A stretch of 64,000 bases of DNA, taken from the NCBI GenBank assembly GCA_965199825.1, contig OZ241329.1:1824001-1888000 (forward strand), given 5' to 3'. Origin of the DNA: Bdellovibrionales bacterium. GTDB taxonomy: Bacteria > Bdellovibrionota > Bdellovibrionia > Bdellovibrionales > UBA1609. A program made the position numbers and the translations under genes. Positions 19,779 to 29,374 of this stretch are shown piece after piece. How positions within the stretch are numbered: the first letter of the stretch is position 1; the number at the start of each line of letters is the position of its first letter. The notes beneath the pieces were generated by a model, which saw nothing but the letters and a program-made list of their open reading frames with translations, did no database searches and was not told where the DNA came from.

Positions 19779-19793
19779 TTCTCAATTTGAGTC
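19779..19793. promoter_or_regulatory. palindrome TTCTCAATTTGAGTC (copy of the 6594 motif)
   Basis: Intergenic; a CCGATAA sigma28-like -10 box lies on the minus strand at 19747-19753. Confidence 0.5.
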
Positions 19794-19827
19794 GACCTTT
19801 GAAGTGATCCGCGCCTAATATAAAGAT

Positions 19828-19998
19828 ATGTCAAACTTTGAACGATTTTTAAGATGGATAGTGGGAACAACGATGCTGTCATGGGCCCTTGCGGGAGGAC
19901 CCTCTTGGCTGTATTTGGGAATATTTATTTTAATCACAGGGAGCTTTAACTTTTCTCCCTGGAAATTGATTAAGCGTTTGAACTTGAGAGAAGAGTAG
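19828..19998 (+). CDS. small two-TM membrane protein, DUF2892/YgaP-like (56 aa)
   Basis: Below ORF-track cutoff: MSNFERFLRWIVGTTMLSWALAGGPSWLYLGIFILITGSFNFSPWKLIKRLNLREE*; ER.LR...G and TG...F.P pattern. Confidence 0.7.
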   Translation: MSNFERFLRWIVGTTMLSWALAGGPSWLYLGIFILITGSFNFSPWKLIKRLNLREE

Positions 19999-20290
19999 TC
20001 AGCTCGCCACTCTGATACATTTCCATCATGATATCGCTGCCCCCCACCAATTCTTTATTTACATAAAGTTGTGGGATGGTGGGCCATTGGCCATATTCTT
20101 TAATTCCTTGGCGCATCTCTTCGTCTTCTAAAATATCGACCGAATAAAATTGGGTATTGAGTTCTTTGAGGATCGCAACCGCCCGCGCCGAAAATCCACA
20201 TTGTGGAAATGAAGGATCACCCTTCATAAATAAAACCACAGCGTGATCTTTTAAAAGTCCGTCAATGCGTTCTTTGGTTTGAGAATTCAT
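19970..20290 (-). CDS. grxD: monothiol glutaredoxin Grx4
   Basis: LFMKG..PQCGFS, WPTIPQLY, GGSDI. Confidence 0.95.
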   Translation of the reverse strand: MNSQTKERIDGLLKDHAVVLFMKGDPSFPQCGFSARAVAILKELNTQFYSVDILEDEEMRQGIKEYGQWPTIPQLYVNKELVGGSDIMMEMYQSGELTTLLSSSNA

Positions 20291-20523
20291 AGTTTCTCCT
20301 TAATTAAAGTTTTGATAGTTAGGGCATGGACTTCGCCAGATTTTAATTCATCCGCAAAAACATCCATAACAGTACGCTGACACTCAATTCGCGATTTACC
20401 AAAAAAGACCTGAGACGCCATCCGCACCTCAAAATGATTTTGGGTACCGGTAAGATCTTCGACCAAGATGTCAGCATCAGGAAATTGATTTCGTAATCTT
20501 TGTTCCATTTGTAGGGGATTCAT
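20287..20523 (-). CDS. BolA/IbaG family protein
   Basis: DLTGTQNHF, F.GKSRI..QR.V, VHALTIKT; adjacent to grxD. Confidence 0.92.
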   Translation of the reverse strand: MNPLQMEQRLRNQFPDADILVEDLTGTQNHFEVRMASQVFFGKSRIECQRTVMDVFADELKSGEVHALTIKTLIKEKL

Positions 20524-20628
20524 AAATCGTTTGTAACGGATATGAGGTTGAGAAGTCCACTATCAAAATTTTGTGGTATATAAAATTTGTTTTTATCAAT
20601 CCATTTTCGATGTGGTATAAAACTGGCG

Positions 20629-20892
20629 ATGAGCTCATTTATTTCTGCTCCACCAGAACATCTCAAAAAAGAGCGCAATAAAGCCCGAATCTTAAGGCAG
20701 TCCCAATGGTGGAAGCGCAAACTTTCGCAACAGCTGTGTTATTATTGCGAACAAAAATTTTCGATTGAGCTTTTAACAATGGATCACTTGATCCCAATTG
20801 TTCGCGGCGGCCACTCGGAAAAAAATAATGTGGTGGTCAGTTGCAAGAACTGTAACACCAAAAAGGGTCACAAACTCTCTCACGAAGTTTAA
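20629..20892 (+). CDS. small HNH endonuclease
   Basis: CYYC..LTMDHLIPIVRGG.S.KNNVV.SCKNCN; likely ATG at 20629. Confidence 0.88.
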   Translation: MSSFISAPPEHLKKERNKARILRQSQWWKRKLSQQLCYYCEQKFSIELLTMDHLIPIVRGGHSEKNNVVVSCKNCNTKKGHKLSHEV

Positions 20893-20985
20893 ATATGGCC
20901 TTAAGCAGAAACCCTTGCACTTCGAATCTGTTTAAGTCTTTAAATTAAGGAACCTCAAAAAAATCGTCATTGGAGTTTCAACAGC

Positions 20986-22674
20986 GTGTCAAAGATCACC
21001 ACATCAAGTACCGCAGAGTACTTTGCTAAAAATTTGCAGCAAGTGGGTTTTTCTTCGCCCGTAAAAGCGGTTTTGACCACTCTCAAAGAGGCGGTGGATA
21101 ATTCGTTGGACGCCTGTGAAGAGGCAGGAATTTTACCCGACCTCCATGTGCGCATCAAAAAAATCGATAAGGGATCATCAAAATCGGCTGACTTGATCGA
21201 AATTATTGTTGAGGACAATGGTCCAGGTATCGACCAGGGCGATCTTGCCCAAGTGTTTGGTGAATATTTGGCTTCAAGCAAGTTCGGGCGTGGTCAGTGT
21301 ACACGCGGACAACAAGGTATTGGAATTTCTGCGGCAACTACATGGGCTCAACTGACCAATGCGGCTGGCGTAAAAGTTTTGACCAAAACAAAAGGGATGC
21401 GCAAAGCGTTTCAAGCCACAATTGATGTCGATATCAAAGGCAATAAGGGAATCGTTAAAAACAAAGAGTCGATTGATTGGCAAAAGCCTCACGGCACGCG
21501 TGTCGAATTTCATATTGATGGACGTGTGCAACTCAATGGCGATGGTGGAATTCTCACTTATCTTGATGGCACCACGCTGGTAAATCCGCATTTGAGTTTA
21601 AGATATAAACTTTTAGATAACGATGTGGTCGAAATCGCGCGTGTGACCGAAACGGTTCCTGATATTCCAACCGCGACCCTCCCGCATCCTCACACCATGA
21701 AACTTGGTGAGTTCATGACTCATGCCGGTTTGTTTGGAAAAATCACTCTCGAAGCTTTTTTAAAAAAAGGATTTTCGCGTGTGACCGATTCGACAATGAC
21801 CGATTTGGTTAAAAAAGGTTTACCCAAAAAATATTTAAGCAAGCCTTTGTCCCAAATCTCGCAGGTGGAGTACAAACAGATTTTTCAGATCATTCAAGAT
21901 ACCGATCTGCAAAGCCCCTCGACCAAAAGCGTTTTAACTGTTGGCGAAGAGGCTCTATCAAAAAGTATTCAACGCCTTGGTCAGGTTGATTTTTTTAGTG
22001 TGGTCACAAGAAAGCCAAAGATTTGTGATTTTAAACCGGTTGTTGTTGAGGTTGCGATTGCTCGATTTTTAAATCGCACGGGTGAGGGCAGTGACGACGC
22101 TGTTCAATTGCTTCGATTTGCCAATCGAGTGCCACTGCAATTTGATAAAGCGGCCTGCGCAATTACGGGCTCAGTGTCCTCGGTCAATTGGCGAAGTTAT
22201 GGGTTAAACCAACCGAAAGATGCATTGCCTTTGGGTCCTTATGTTTTTGCGGTGAGTGTGACTTCGCCGTTTATCAAATTTAAAAATGCTTCTAAAGAAA
22301 CTATCGATGGCAGTGAAGAGCTGGTGGAAGAGATTCGGCGCGCTTTGATGCAAGCCGGTCAAAAACTCTCGCGCCATATTCGCCGCGAAGACCGCGCCGA
22401 GGATCTTGAGCGCAAGCTTTTACATATCGAAAAATTTGCGCCCATCTTGGTCGAGGGCTTATCACGAATCATCAAAGCGCCTGAGTCTCGCAAACGCAAA
22501 GCCGAAGAAGGCTTAAAACTTTTATTAGGGCGTGATACCGATGCGGCCGAAGTGCAGTTGCAAGCGGCCGAGAGTCAACTCAAAGATCTAAAAGCAAAAA
22601 CCAAAGGCCTTGTCGAAGAAGAAGCTCCACCCGAAGAAGTGGTCGAAAAACAAGCGGTCGGTAAGCACAAGTAA
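20986..22674 (+). CDS. top6B: DNA topoisomerase VI subunit B
   Basis: GHKL motifs EAVDNSLDA, EDNGPGI, SSKFG..TRGQQGIGISA; RFANRVPL, FKNASKE. Confidence 0.93.
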   Translation: MSKITTSSTAEYFAKNLQQVGFSSPVKAVLTTLKEAVDNSLDACEEAGILPDLHVRIKKIDKGSSKSADLIEIIVEDNGPGIDQGDLAQVFGEYLASSKFGRGQCTRGQQGIGISAATTWAQLTNAAGVKVLTKTKGMRKAFQATIDVDIKGNKGIVKNKESIDWQKPHGTRVEFHIDGRVQLNGDGGILTYLDGTTLVNPHLSLRYKLLDNDVVEIARVTETVPDIPTATLPHPHTMKLGEFMTHAGLFGKITLEAFLKKGFSRVTDSTMTDLVKKGLPKKYLSKPLSQISQVEYKQIFQIIQDTDLQSPSTKSVLTVGEEALSKSIQRLGQVDFFSVVTRKPKICDFKPVVVEVAIARFLNRTGEGSDDAVQLLRFANRVPLQFDKAACAITGSVSSVNWRSYGLNQPKDALPLGPYVFAVSVTSPFIKFKNASKETIDGSEELVEEIRRALMQAGQKLSRHIRREDRAEDLERKLLHIEKFAPILVEGLSRIIKAPESRKRKAEEGLKLLLGRDTDAAEVQLQAAESQLKDLKAKTKGLVEEEAPPEEVVEKQAVGKHK

Positions 22675-22685
22675 GGAACAAAGTT

Positions 22686-23858
22686 TTGGCAACAAAAACA
22701 GATGTGATTCGAATCAGAAAACTGACAAAAGATATTCCAAAAATTTCGAAAGAAATGTGTGACCGAATGCTTCGCGACCTCGAGCGGGCGCAGCGCCCGG
22801 TGCTTGAGGCGGTCAAATGTTCCCTCGACAATTCGTTTTATAATCCAAAAGTGGGTTTTTTTACTCCTGGTGAAAAAGTGGTGCGCACCGAACTCAATGT
22901 GAGTTCGGTACAAAAAATGGCGCGGACAATTTTTATGCTCGAAATTTTACTGAACAATATGGACACCGGCGCAGTTAACACTAAACGTGAATTGTACTAT
23001 ATGTCTAAAGGTTTAGTTAAGTCGAATGGCGCCTACAAACCTCTCGATTTTGAGGCGCAAGAAGAGTCCGACAGCATTATCGATTTTATCTGTGACATGC
23101 TCGAGGTCTACCGCGAGGAGATGAACTGTTTTGCCGGCGATCGAGGAGGCCAAACATATTCAAAGCAACTGGTTGTGACCGAGACCTTGAGTGATGGTGA
23201 TACCGCCGTGATTGATTTGAGCACTTTAGGAACAAGTCCATTTCAACCAAAAAATAAACCGCAGCAATTTAAACTAAAATCCAAAAAGAAATTAGAATTT
23301 TGTTTGGTTGTGGAATCCGAAGGTACCGCAAACACCCTTGTCACCAATGGAATGACCACGCGCTACAACTGTATCGTAATGGGTGCGGGTGGTGTGCCGA
23401 GCAATGGAGTGCGGGGCTGGTGTAAGACCATTCAAGACCAACTCGAGGTCCCAATTTATTTTTATGGCGATCTCGATGCGTACACGTTGCAAAATATTTT
23501 TCGAACTCTCAAAGCCGGATCTGCCGCAAGTCTTATTCGTAATGCCGATTTTAGTGCGCCAGAGGTGCGATTTTTGGGAGTGCTTCCTGAAGACGTAAAA
23601 GAATATGATCTCAATTGCTACTCGGTCAATGAGCGCGACATTGGAGAGGCTCGATCACTCAAAAAAGCTCGCGACGTTTTAGATAACGATCCGTTTTTTC
23701 AAGATAAAAAAAATAAAAAGCTCGCAGATATTTTGCGCTGGTTGGTTAAAGAAAAAATTCGGTGTGAGCAGCAGTCCATCTTTTCCGTGGATCCACGTGA
23801 TCCCTTAAAGCCCGAAAAGATTATTGTCGAAAAAATCCGTAATGGATCTTTTGTTTAG
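22686..23858 (+). CDS. top6A: DNA topoisomerase VI subunit A (Spo11 family)
   Basis: TKRELYY catalytic Tyr, Q.ESD.II, TOPRIM VVESE and GDLDAY. Confidence 0.93.
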   Translation: MATKTDVIRIRKLTKDIPKISKEMCDRMLRDLERAQRPVLEAVKCSLDNSFYNPKVGFFTPGEKVVRTELNVSSVQKMARTIFMLEILLNNMDTGAVNTKRELYYMSKGLVKSNGAYKPLDFEAQEESDSIIDFICDMLEVYREEMNCFAGDRGGQTYSKQLVVTETLSDGDTAVIDLSTLGTSPFQPKNKPQQFKLKSKKKLEFCLVVESEGTANTLVTNGMTTRYNCIVMGAGGVPSNGVRGWCKTIQDQLEVPIYFYGDLDAYTLQNIFRTLKAGSAASLIRNADFSAPEVRFLGVLPEDVKEYDLNCYSVNERDIGEARSLKKARDVLDNDPFFQDKKNKKLADILRWLVKEKIRCEQQSIFSVDPRDPLKPEKIIVEKIRNGSFV

Positions 23859-25150
23859 TTCCCACCTTCGTAACCGGTGCCGACGTTTGTGGGTGGAGGA
23901 GCATGCCAGTCGTAGGTCTTTTGCCATTGACCGTTTGGCATACAAAAATAATAGCTTCCAGATAAACCATCAGCTGCTGACGTTGTTGTGATGGTTAGAG
24001 GTGGGCTCGCAGGTAAACTATCTTGTGCTCCACAGCCCCCAAAAACTGGCAGATTGCCATAATAAATTTGTGATAGTCCCATCTGCACCGGGCTTGACTG
24101 AGTGTCATAACACCAGCGCACCGAGTAGTACTGCCTCATCACAACGGTTTGACCTTGGGTCAATTGAACAACCGCACTCATCGACTGAGCAGCGGTATTA
24201 AAGAAGGTGCTTGTGTTGTCGGCATGTTCATTGGTGAGAGTAAACTTTTGCAAAACTGCTCCTGAGCTATCGAGCAAACTAAAATAGGGCAAAATAAAAT
24301 AGTAACTCGCAGTCGCAGTCACGTAAGTGTAAAAGGTGTAGCTGCCAGAAATCGGGGCGGTGTAGGACACATCGGCTGCGGTAAACGAACAGCCTCCGGT
24401 GTCACCAAAAAATATTTGTTGCTGTAGAGGCACACCCGTTGGCACTTGAGGATTCACGGTGAGTGTTACGGTCTGACTTGTTGATGAGCCCGAATTATTT
24501 TTTATCACCACGTAATAAGATCCTGCGGTGTTTGCGTTTGCGGTCGAACTATAAACAGATTGGTTAGCCCCGGCAATTGGTGAACTATTAAAATACCATT
24601 GGTATTGCGGATTGGTCCCGGTCGCATTCACCACGAAACTAAATGGACTACCATCGGTCACGGTTGCACTTGAAGGCTGGCTTGCAATCGCAGGAGCCAC
24701 ATCCTGCACCACCGGCGGATTTGGTGTTCCCTGATCGATAACAGGAGGCAGAGTTCCACTAATCGTTAACATCGCAGTTTGCGAAATCAACACCGGTGCT
24801 TTAACTCCAGTTCCTTGAGTGACGATAACAAAGTAGTAACCCATGGATGCGGCAGTCACATTGGGCAAGCTCAAAAACGAAGCATCAGAATTTGGAATCG
24901 GCGAATTACTAAAATACCAAGCATAGTGCAGGATATCTGAGCCGTGAGCTTGCACCGAAAATATCACATTACTTCCGGCAGGAACGGTTAACGATTGAGG
25001 ATTCATATCGATTGCGAAATTTAACGCCGGCGATGTGGAAAGCGAATCCAGTCCCACCGCTCCTAAAGGTTTAAATGGGGCACAGTTTTGAAATGACATC
25101 ATTAGGCCCATCACAATACCGATAAGATAAATTCGCTTTGAATATTTCAT
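23855..25150 (-). CDS. surface lipoprotein with two immunoglobulin I-set-like domains
   Basis: SFQNC leader; two P.S.TV..G....F.V.A.G....Y.WYF....I..A repeats; likely ATG at 25150. Confidence 0.85.
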   Translation of the reverse strand: MKYSKRIYLIGIVMGLMMSFQNCAPFKPLGAVGLDSLSTSPALNFAIDMNPQSLTVPAGSNVIFSVQAHGSDILHYAWYFSNSPIPNSDASFLSLPNVTAASMGYYFVIVTQGTGVKAPVLISQTAMLTISGTLPPVIDQGTPNPPVVQDVAPAIASQPSSATVTDGSPFSFVVNATGTNPQYQWYFNSSPIAGANQSVYSSTANANTAGSYYVVIKNNSGSSTSQTVTLTVNPQVPTGVPLQQQIFFGDTGGCSFTAADVSYTAPISGSYTFYTYVTATASYYFILPYFSLLDSSGAVLQKFTLTNEHADNTSTFFNTAAQSMSAVVQLTQGQTVVMRQYYSVRWCYDTQSSPVQMGLSQIYYGNLPVFGGCGAQDSLPASPPLTITTTSAADGLSGSYYFCMPNGQWQKTYDWHAPPPTNVGTGYEGGN

Positions 25151-25155
25151 ATGGT

Positions 25156-25186
25156 TCTTTTCGGCACAGATGTGGTCCAGCTTGAG
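25156..25186 (-). promoter_or_regulatory. sigma28 (FliA)-like promoter
   Basis: Minus strand tCAAG-N15-GCCGAAAA just upstream of the ATG at 25150. Confidence 0.5.
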
Positions 25187-25346
25187 GCACTGATGCAACG
25201 TCTTTAATTGAAACATCTCCTAGGTAAAAGAGCCAATTTTCCCCATCTCAGCCCTCTAATCCAAATGGTTTAAGTTTTTTTGGTGTTTCGTATTTTGCAA
25301 TAAGCTTTAAGACATCAATTTTTAGAAAAGCTCAAAGGAGACTCCA

Positions 25347-26912
25347 ATGAATCCGCAACACCCCAATGAAACTCACTCATGCTGGCTTGAAAATATCGAA
25401 GTTCCTCGCTTTGATTCGCTTAACGAAAATTTAGAGGTTGATGTCTGTATCGTTGGCGCAGGAATCGGCGGGCTGACAACAGCTTATCTTTGTCAACAAG
25501 AGGGACTTAAAGTCTGCATTGTTGAAGATTATGAAATTGCGAGCGGTCAATCAGGGCGCACCACTGCACAATTTGCCACAGCACTTGATGATCGATATTA
25601 CGAAATTCAACGCATGCACGGAAAAAAAGGGGCAAAGCTTGCGGCCGAAAGTCATCGTGCTGCGATCTCAAAAGTCGAAAAAATAATTCGCGCAGAAAAT
25701 ATCAATTGCGAATTTGAATATGTAAATGGCTATTTGTTTGATGGAAAAAATTCGGATCTTTCGAATTTAAAAAAAGAATATGAAGCCTGCCTTGAAGCCG
25801 GAATGGATGAGGTCGAATGGATCGATGATTCACCTCTTCCAGATTGGGATCATGGACCATGTTTAAAATTTGCGCGGCAGATGCAGCTTCATCCAGGAAA
25901 ATATTTAAGCCATCTTGCCCGACTCATTGTCAGCCGTGGTGGAAAAATTTTTTCTCACACCCGGGCCGAAAAAATGGTCGGTGGCGAAAATGCTTACGTT
26001 GAAACTCGCGGTGGATTTCGCATTGATTGTTCTTCGATTGTGGTCGCCACCAATACGCCAGTGAATGATGTGTTTGCGATTCATACAAAACAAGCGCCTT
26101 ACCGAACTTACGTGGTGGCGTTTAGTGTTCCAAAGGGCAGTGTGCCCAAAGGTTTATTTTGGGATACGCTTGATCCTTATCATTACGTGCGCATTGAGGC
26201 CGATCCCACAAGTGACGTCAGCGAAATTTTGATTGTCGGTGGTGAAGATCACAAAACCGGTCAGGAACCTTATCCCGAAAAACGATTCGCAAAATTAGAA
26301 GAGTGGACCAAAGAACATTTTGTTTCGGCTCAAGATGTTTTGTATCGATGGTCGGGCCAAGTGATGGAACCTGTCGACGGAATGGCCTATCTTGGACACA
26401 ATCCCCTCGACAGAAAAAATGTTTATATTATCACCGGCGACTCTGGCAATGGGATGACTCATGCGACGATCGGGGCGATGTTGATTACCGATCAAATTTT
26501 GAACCGCCTCAATCCTTGGGAGCAGCTCTATAATCCTTCGCGAGTGACTCTGCGTTCGTTAAGCGAATTTATAAAAGAGAATGCAAATGTGGCTGTACAA
26601 TATACAGATTGGCTTTCGCCTAAAGGCCGCGAGGATCTTCTCAATTTGCCAGTGGGTGAGGGAATGGTGATTCGACAAGGTCTCCATCTTCTTGCGGCTT
26701 ACAAAGAGCATAGCGGTAATTTTTCATTTATGTCTGCAGCCTGTCCGCATCTTCAAGGTGTGGTGGTGTGGAACAGGGTTGAAAAATCGTGGGATTGCCC
26801 CTGTCATGGATCAAGGTTTGATTGCCAGGGACGCGTGATTGAGGGGCCCGCAAACTGTGATCTGAAGCGGTTTGAGAGTTCTTTACCAAAAGAGGTCGAT
26901 TCAACTCTTTAG
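25347..26912 (+). CDS. FAD-dependent oxidoreductase with C-terminal Rieske [2Fe-2S] domain (YhfW-like)
   Basis: VGAGIGG, SGRTTA, GGEDHKTG, CPHL..WDCPCHGSRF. Confidence 0.93.
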   Translation: MNPQHPNETHSCWLENIEVPRFDSLNENLEVDVCIVGAGIGGLTTAYLCQQEGLKVCIVEDYEIASGQSGRTTAQFATALDDRYYEIQRMHGKKGAKLAAESHRAAISKVEKIIRAENINCEFEYVNGYLFDGKNSDLSNLKKEYEACLEAGMDEVEWIDDSPLPDWDHGPCLKFARQMQLHPGKYLSHLARLIVSRGGKIFSHTRAEKMVGGENAYVETRGGFRIDCSSIVVATNTPVNDVFAIHTKQAPYRTYVVAFSVPKGSVPKGLFWDTLDPYHYVRIEADPTSDVSEILIVGGEDHKTGQEPYPEKRFAKLEEWTKEHFVSAQDVLYRWSGQVMEPVDGMAYLGHNPLDRKNVYIITGDSGNGMTHATIGAMLITDQILNRLNPWEQLYNPSRVTLRSLSEFIKENANVAVQYTDWLSPKGREDLLNLPVGEGMVIRQGLHLLAAYKEHSGNFSFMSAACPHLQGVVVWNRVEKSWDCPCHGSRFDCQGRVIEGPANCDLKRFESSLPKEVDSTL

Positions 26913-26930
26913 TAAAAATTCATCGTTTCT

Positions 26931-26946
26931 TGGCTTCGGATTTGCT
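26931..26946 (+). promoter_or_regulatory. sigma54 -24/-12 promoter
   Basis: TGGCttcggatTTGCt, GG-N10-GC, 15 nt before ATG 26961. Confidence 0.6.
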
Positions 26947-26960
26947 GTATTCAACTGCAC

Positions 26961-28694
26961 ATGATGTCGTTATTTTGTTTTTTTCTAAGCGTGAGTTTTG
27001 CTGCCACTTCCCCGCAAAGTGAAATCATTAAATTTTTGGATCGGCAGGCAAAACAACCCGCCGCCGATTTTTTGGTAAGTTGGAAATCGCGCACAGGCCA
27101 TGCTGTCAAAGGGGAGTGGTTGGCTAGTAAACCGATGGTTTTTATTTACGACCGATCAATCGGTCAACAAAATAATATTAGTTTAGGAAGTGCAATTGCG
27201 CGCACCGAGGATAATACCGGTATCTTCGTGCAGAGAGCATCGGATGATTTGACATTACTTTACCCAGCTCGAGATATTGCGTTTGCCACAAAGAAATATG
27301 CGCCAGGATCTTACATCCACGATAATCGACGAGTTTATCTTTCAGAAACTTTTGTGCATCCTCAAACAAAAAAAAGGATGTGGCTGTTAGAAGATCGAAG
27401 CTTTGTCGAGCAGCCCGAAATTGTTGAAACAGTTTTGATTGCAGGATCGCAGAACATTTCAGATAAAGACGAACCGACCGAATTAGACTTGGTTCAATTT
27501 TTAGATAAAAAAAGTTTGGAGGGACACCTCTATCCTGATGTTTATGAAAATAAACATAAAAAGTTGACTGACTCGATTAAGAGATACAACCGGGCTCTCG
27601 CGCGAGTTCCGGTAATGGTGATTGAACGTATTCCTCAACAAAAGACGGATGGTCGAAAAATTGTTTTTGATATGTCCAAATCCAAAAAAGAAAATCAAAT
27701 GGTTGGGGTCGAACGCCTTCCCACACGCGAGACAAGCGTATTTCCTGGATTGTATGTTGGATCAAACAAAGATGGATCAATTGTATTTGTATCGCGAACA
27801 GATAGGCCAACCATCAACATGAATGAATTTTTGGCTTATCCTCGAAGTGAGGTGGTCAACTTAGACCTTGAGCCTGCTGTTCTCCCTGGTGATTACGTTA
27901 TTTATCTCAACTATCTTTATGTAGAAGCTTTGGTGATCGGAACTTTTACAAATCCGCTCACTCGAATGACCCGTGTTTTAATCGAAACCAATTTGTACAA
28001 TGAGTCGGCATCTCCACAGCAGAGACTTGTGCCAACCCTTAATAATTTTAAGTTAACCCCAATTTCGAATAGTCCGCTTTTAACTCACAACATCACAATT
28101 GTGACCAACAACGTACAAGAACAATTACCGCACATTGAACAAAGCGAGATCGAAAAAGTGTACCCCGGATTTATCATGGATAGCCGCGATAAAGTATGGC
28201 CGCTGCATGATGGCCCAGGAAAATCTATCTTTGGTTCGTTCGCATTCGTCACACAAGAATCTGATATTTTAAAAATTGCTCTTTTTGAGGATGAAGAACT
28301 TATCGAAAAGTCGGTGGCAAGTGTTTCGGCTGGTGGATTGATTGTGACCGATGATCGACGACTTTATGAACTCAATGAAGTTTTTGTGGTGGAAAAAGAA
28401 GATGTTTATCGTGATTCTTACGGACAGAAATTCTCGCGGGCTCAACTGTTACAAAAGATGGCGTTAACACGAAGCCAAAAAATTGCTAAAGGTTTTGATA
28501 CTTGTCGCATTGCTTTAGGTCGCTTAGCCAAGGCAATGAAAGAGGATCAGGGTGAGGATGACAGACCGAGATTGGGCTTACGTGAATCGGTTAAACCAAA
28601 TCTAGATCGAGACATTGGTACAAGTTGGGACAATCATCGAAGCATTTCATTTCTCGAACGAATTGCCGGGAAGGTTGTTAAGAGATCAAAATAA
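26961..28694 (+). CDS. secreted hypothetical protein with internal repeats
   Basis: Signal peptide MMSLFCFFLSVSFA; long ORF; repeated segments. Confidence 0.8.
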   Translation: MMSLFCFFLSVSFAATSPQSEIIKFLDRQAKQPAADFLVSWKSRTGHAVKGEWLASKPMVFIYDRSIGQQNNISLGSAIARTEDNTGIFVQRASDDLTLLYPARDIAFATKKYAPGSYIHDNRRVYLSETFVHPQTKKRMWLLEDRSFVEQPEIVETVLIAGSQNISDKDEPTELDLVQFLDKKSLEGHLYPDVYENKHKKLTDSIKRYNRALARVPVMVIERIPQQKTDGRKIVFDMSKSKKENQMVGVERLPTRETSVFPGLYVGSNKDGSIVFVSRTDRPTINMNEFLAYPRSEVVNLDLEPAVLPGDYVIYLNYLYVEALVIGTFTNPLTRMTRVLIETNLYNESASPQQRLVPTLNNFKLTPISNSPLLTHNITIVTNNVQEQLPHIEQSEIEKVYPGFIMDSRDKVWPLHDGPGKSIFGSFAFVTQESDILKIALFEDEELIEKSVASVSAGGLIVTDDRRLYELNEVFVVEKEDVYRDSYGQKFSRAQLLQKMALTRSQKIAKGFDTCRIALGRLAKAMKEDQGEDDRPRLGLRESVKPNLDRDIGTSWDNHRSISFLERIAGKVVKRSK

Positions 28695-29255
28695 AACGAG
28701 TGGGAATGACAAGCTGATCATCACCATATTGATCTTTTGTTGAGGTTCTAAAGCAATGGACCCATTGCCCGCATCACCCTGCTTAAATGTTGTGGTCACG
28801 TACTCGAGGTTGATCGCAACAAACGGGAGTGAGTTTAATCCTAAGCCAATTTTTGAACCTGTCCCACTTTTGAGTTTAAGATTGGGATCTGTTTTGAGCG
28901 TGCCATCAACTTCAAAAAAATATGAGCCATAAATTCGCAAACCAATGATCGGAAGTTGGTAACCGATAAATGCACCAATGTTCGAGGTGGTCAGATTCAA
29001 ATTTCCAACCGAATCTTTGAGTGTCAAATTTCCAGAAAGATATTCGGCTCCGACCATGATGCCCAGTTTTTTTAATCCCACTCGCGCACCATATTCAGAT
29101 CCACTGATGGTTTCAGAACTGAGTGGTGAGGCTTGCGCCGCCCCCTTTGATTGACCGGCGCCGTAACCCACAAAGGGTTCAATCAATATTGAAGCCTTTG
29201 AGCTCACACAAAAAAAGGCGAATACAAAAATCGTCTTACGCATGTTGTTCTCCAT
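28686..29255 (-). CDS. small outer-membrane beta-barrel protein
   Basis: Signal peptide; LIEPFVGYG, YGARVG, INLEY; C-terminal ISLSFPLVLF. Confidence 0.8.
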   Translation of the reverse strand: MENNMRKTIFVFAFFCVSSKASILIEPFVGYGAGQSKGAAQASPLSSETISGSEYGARVGLKKLGIMVGAEYLSGNLTLKDSVGNLNLTTSNIGAFIGYQLPIIGLRIYGSYFFEVDGTLKTDPNLKLKSGTGSKIGLGLNSLPFVAINLEYVTTTFKQGDAGNGSIALEPQQKINMVMISLSFPLVLF

Positions 29256-29374
29256 TCAATTAGTTTATGAGTGCGATGATGCAAAAAGCCAGTTATTGTG
29301 CGACTTCTTGCCTTAAGTACCTTTAAGAATCACAATAAATTTCATTATATATACATCGGGAAAGGACCTCGACC

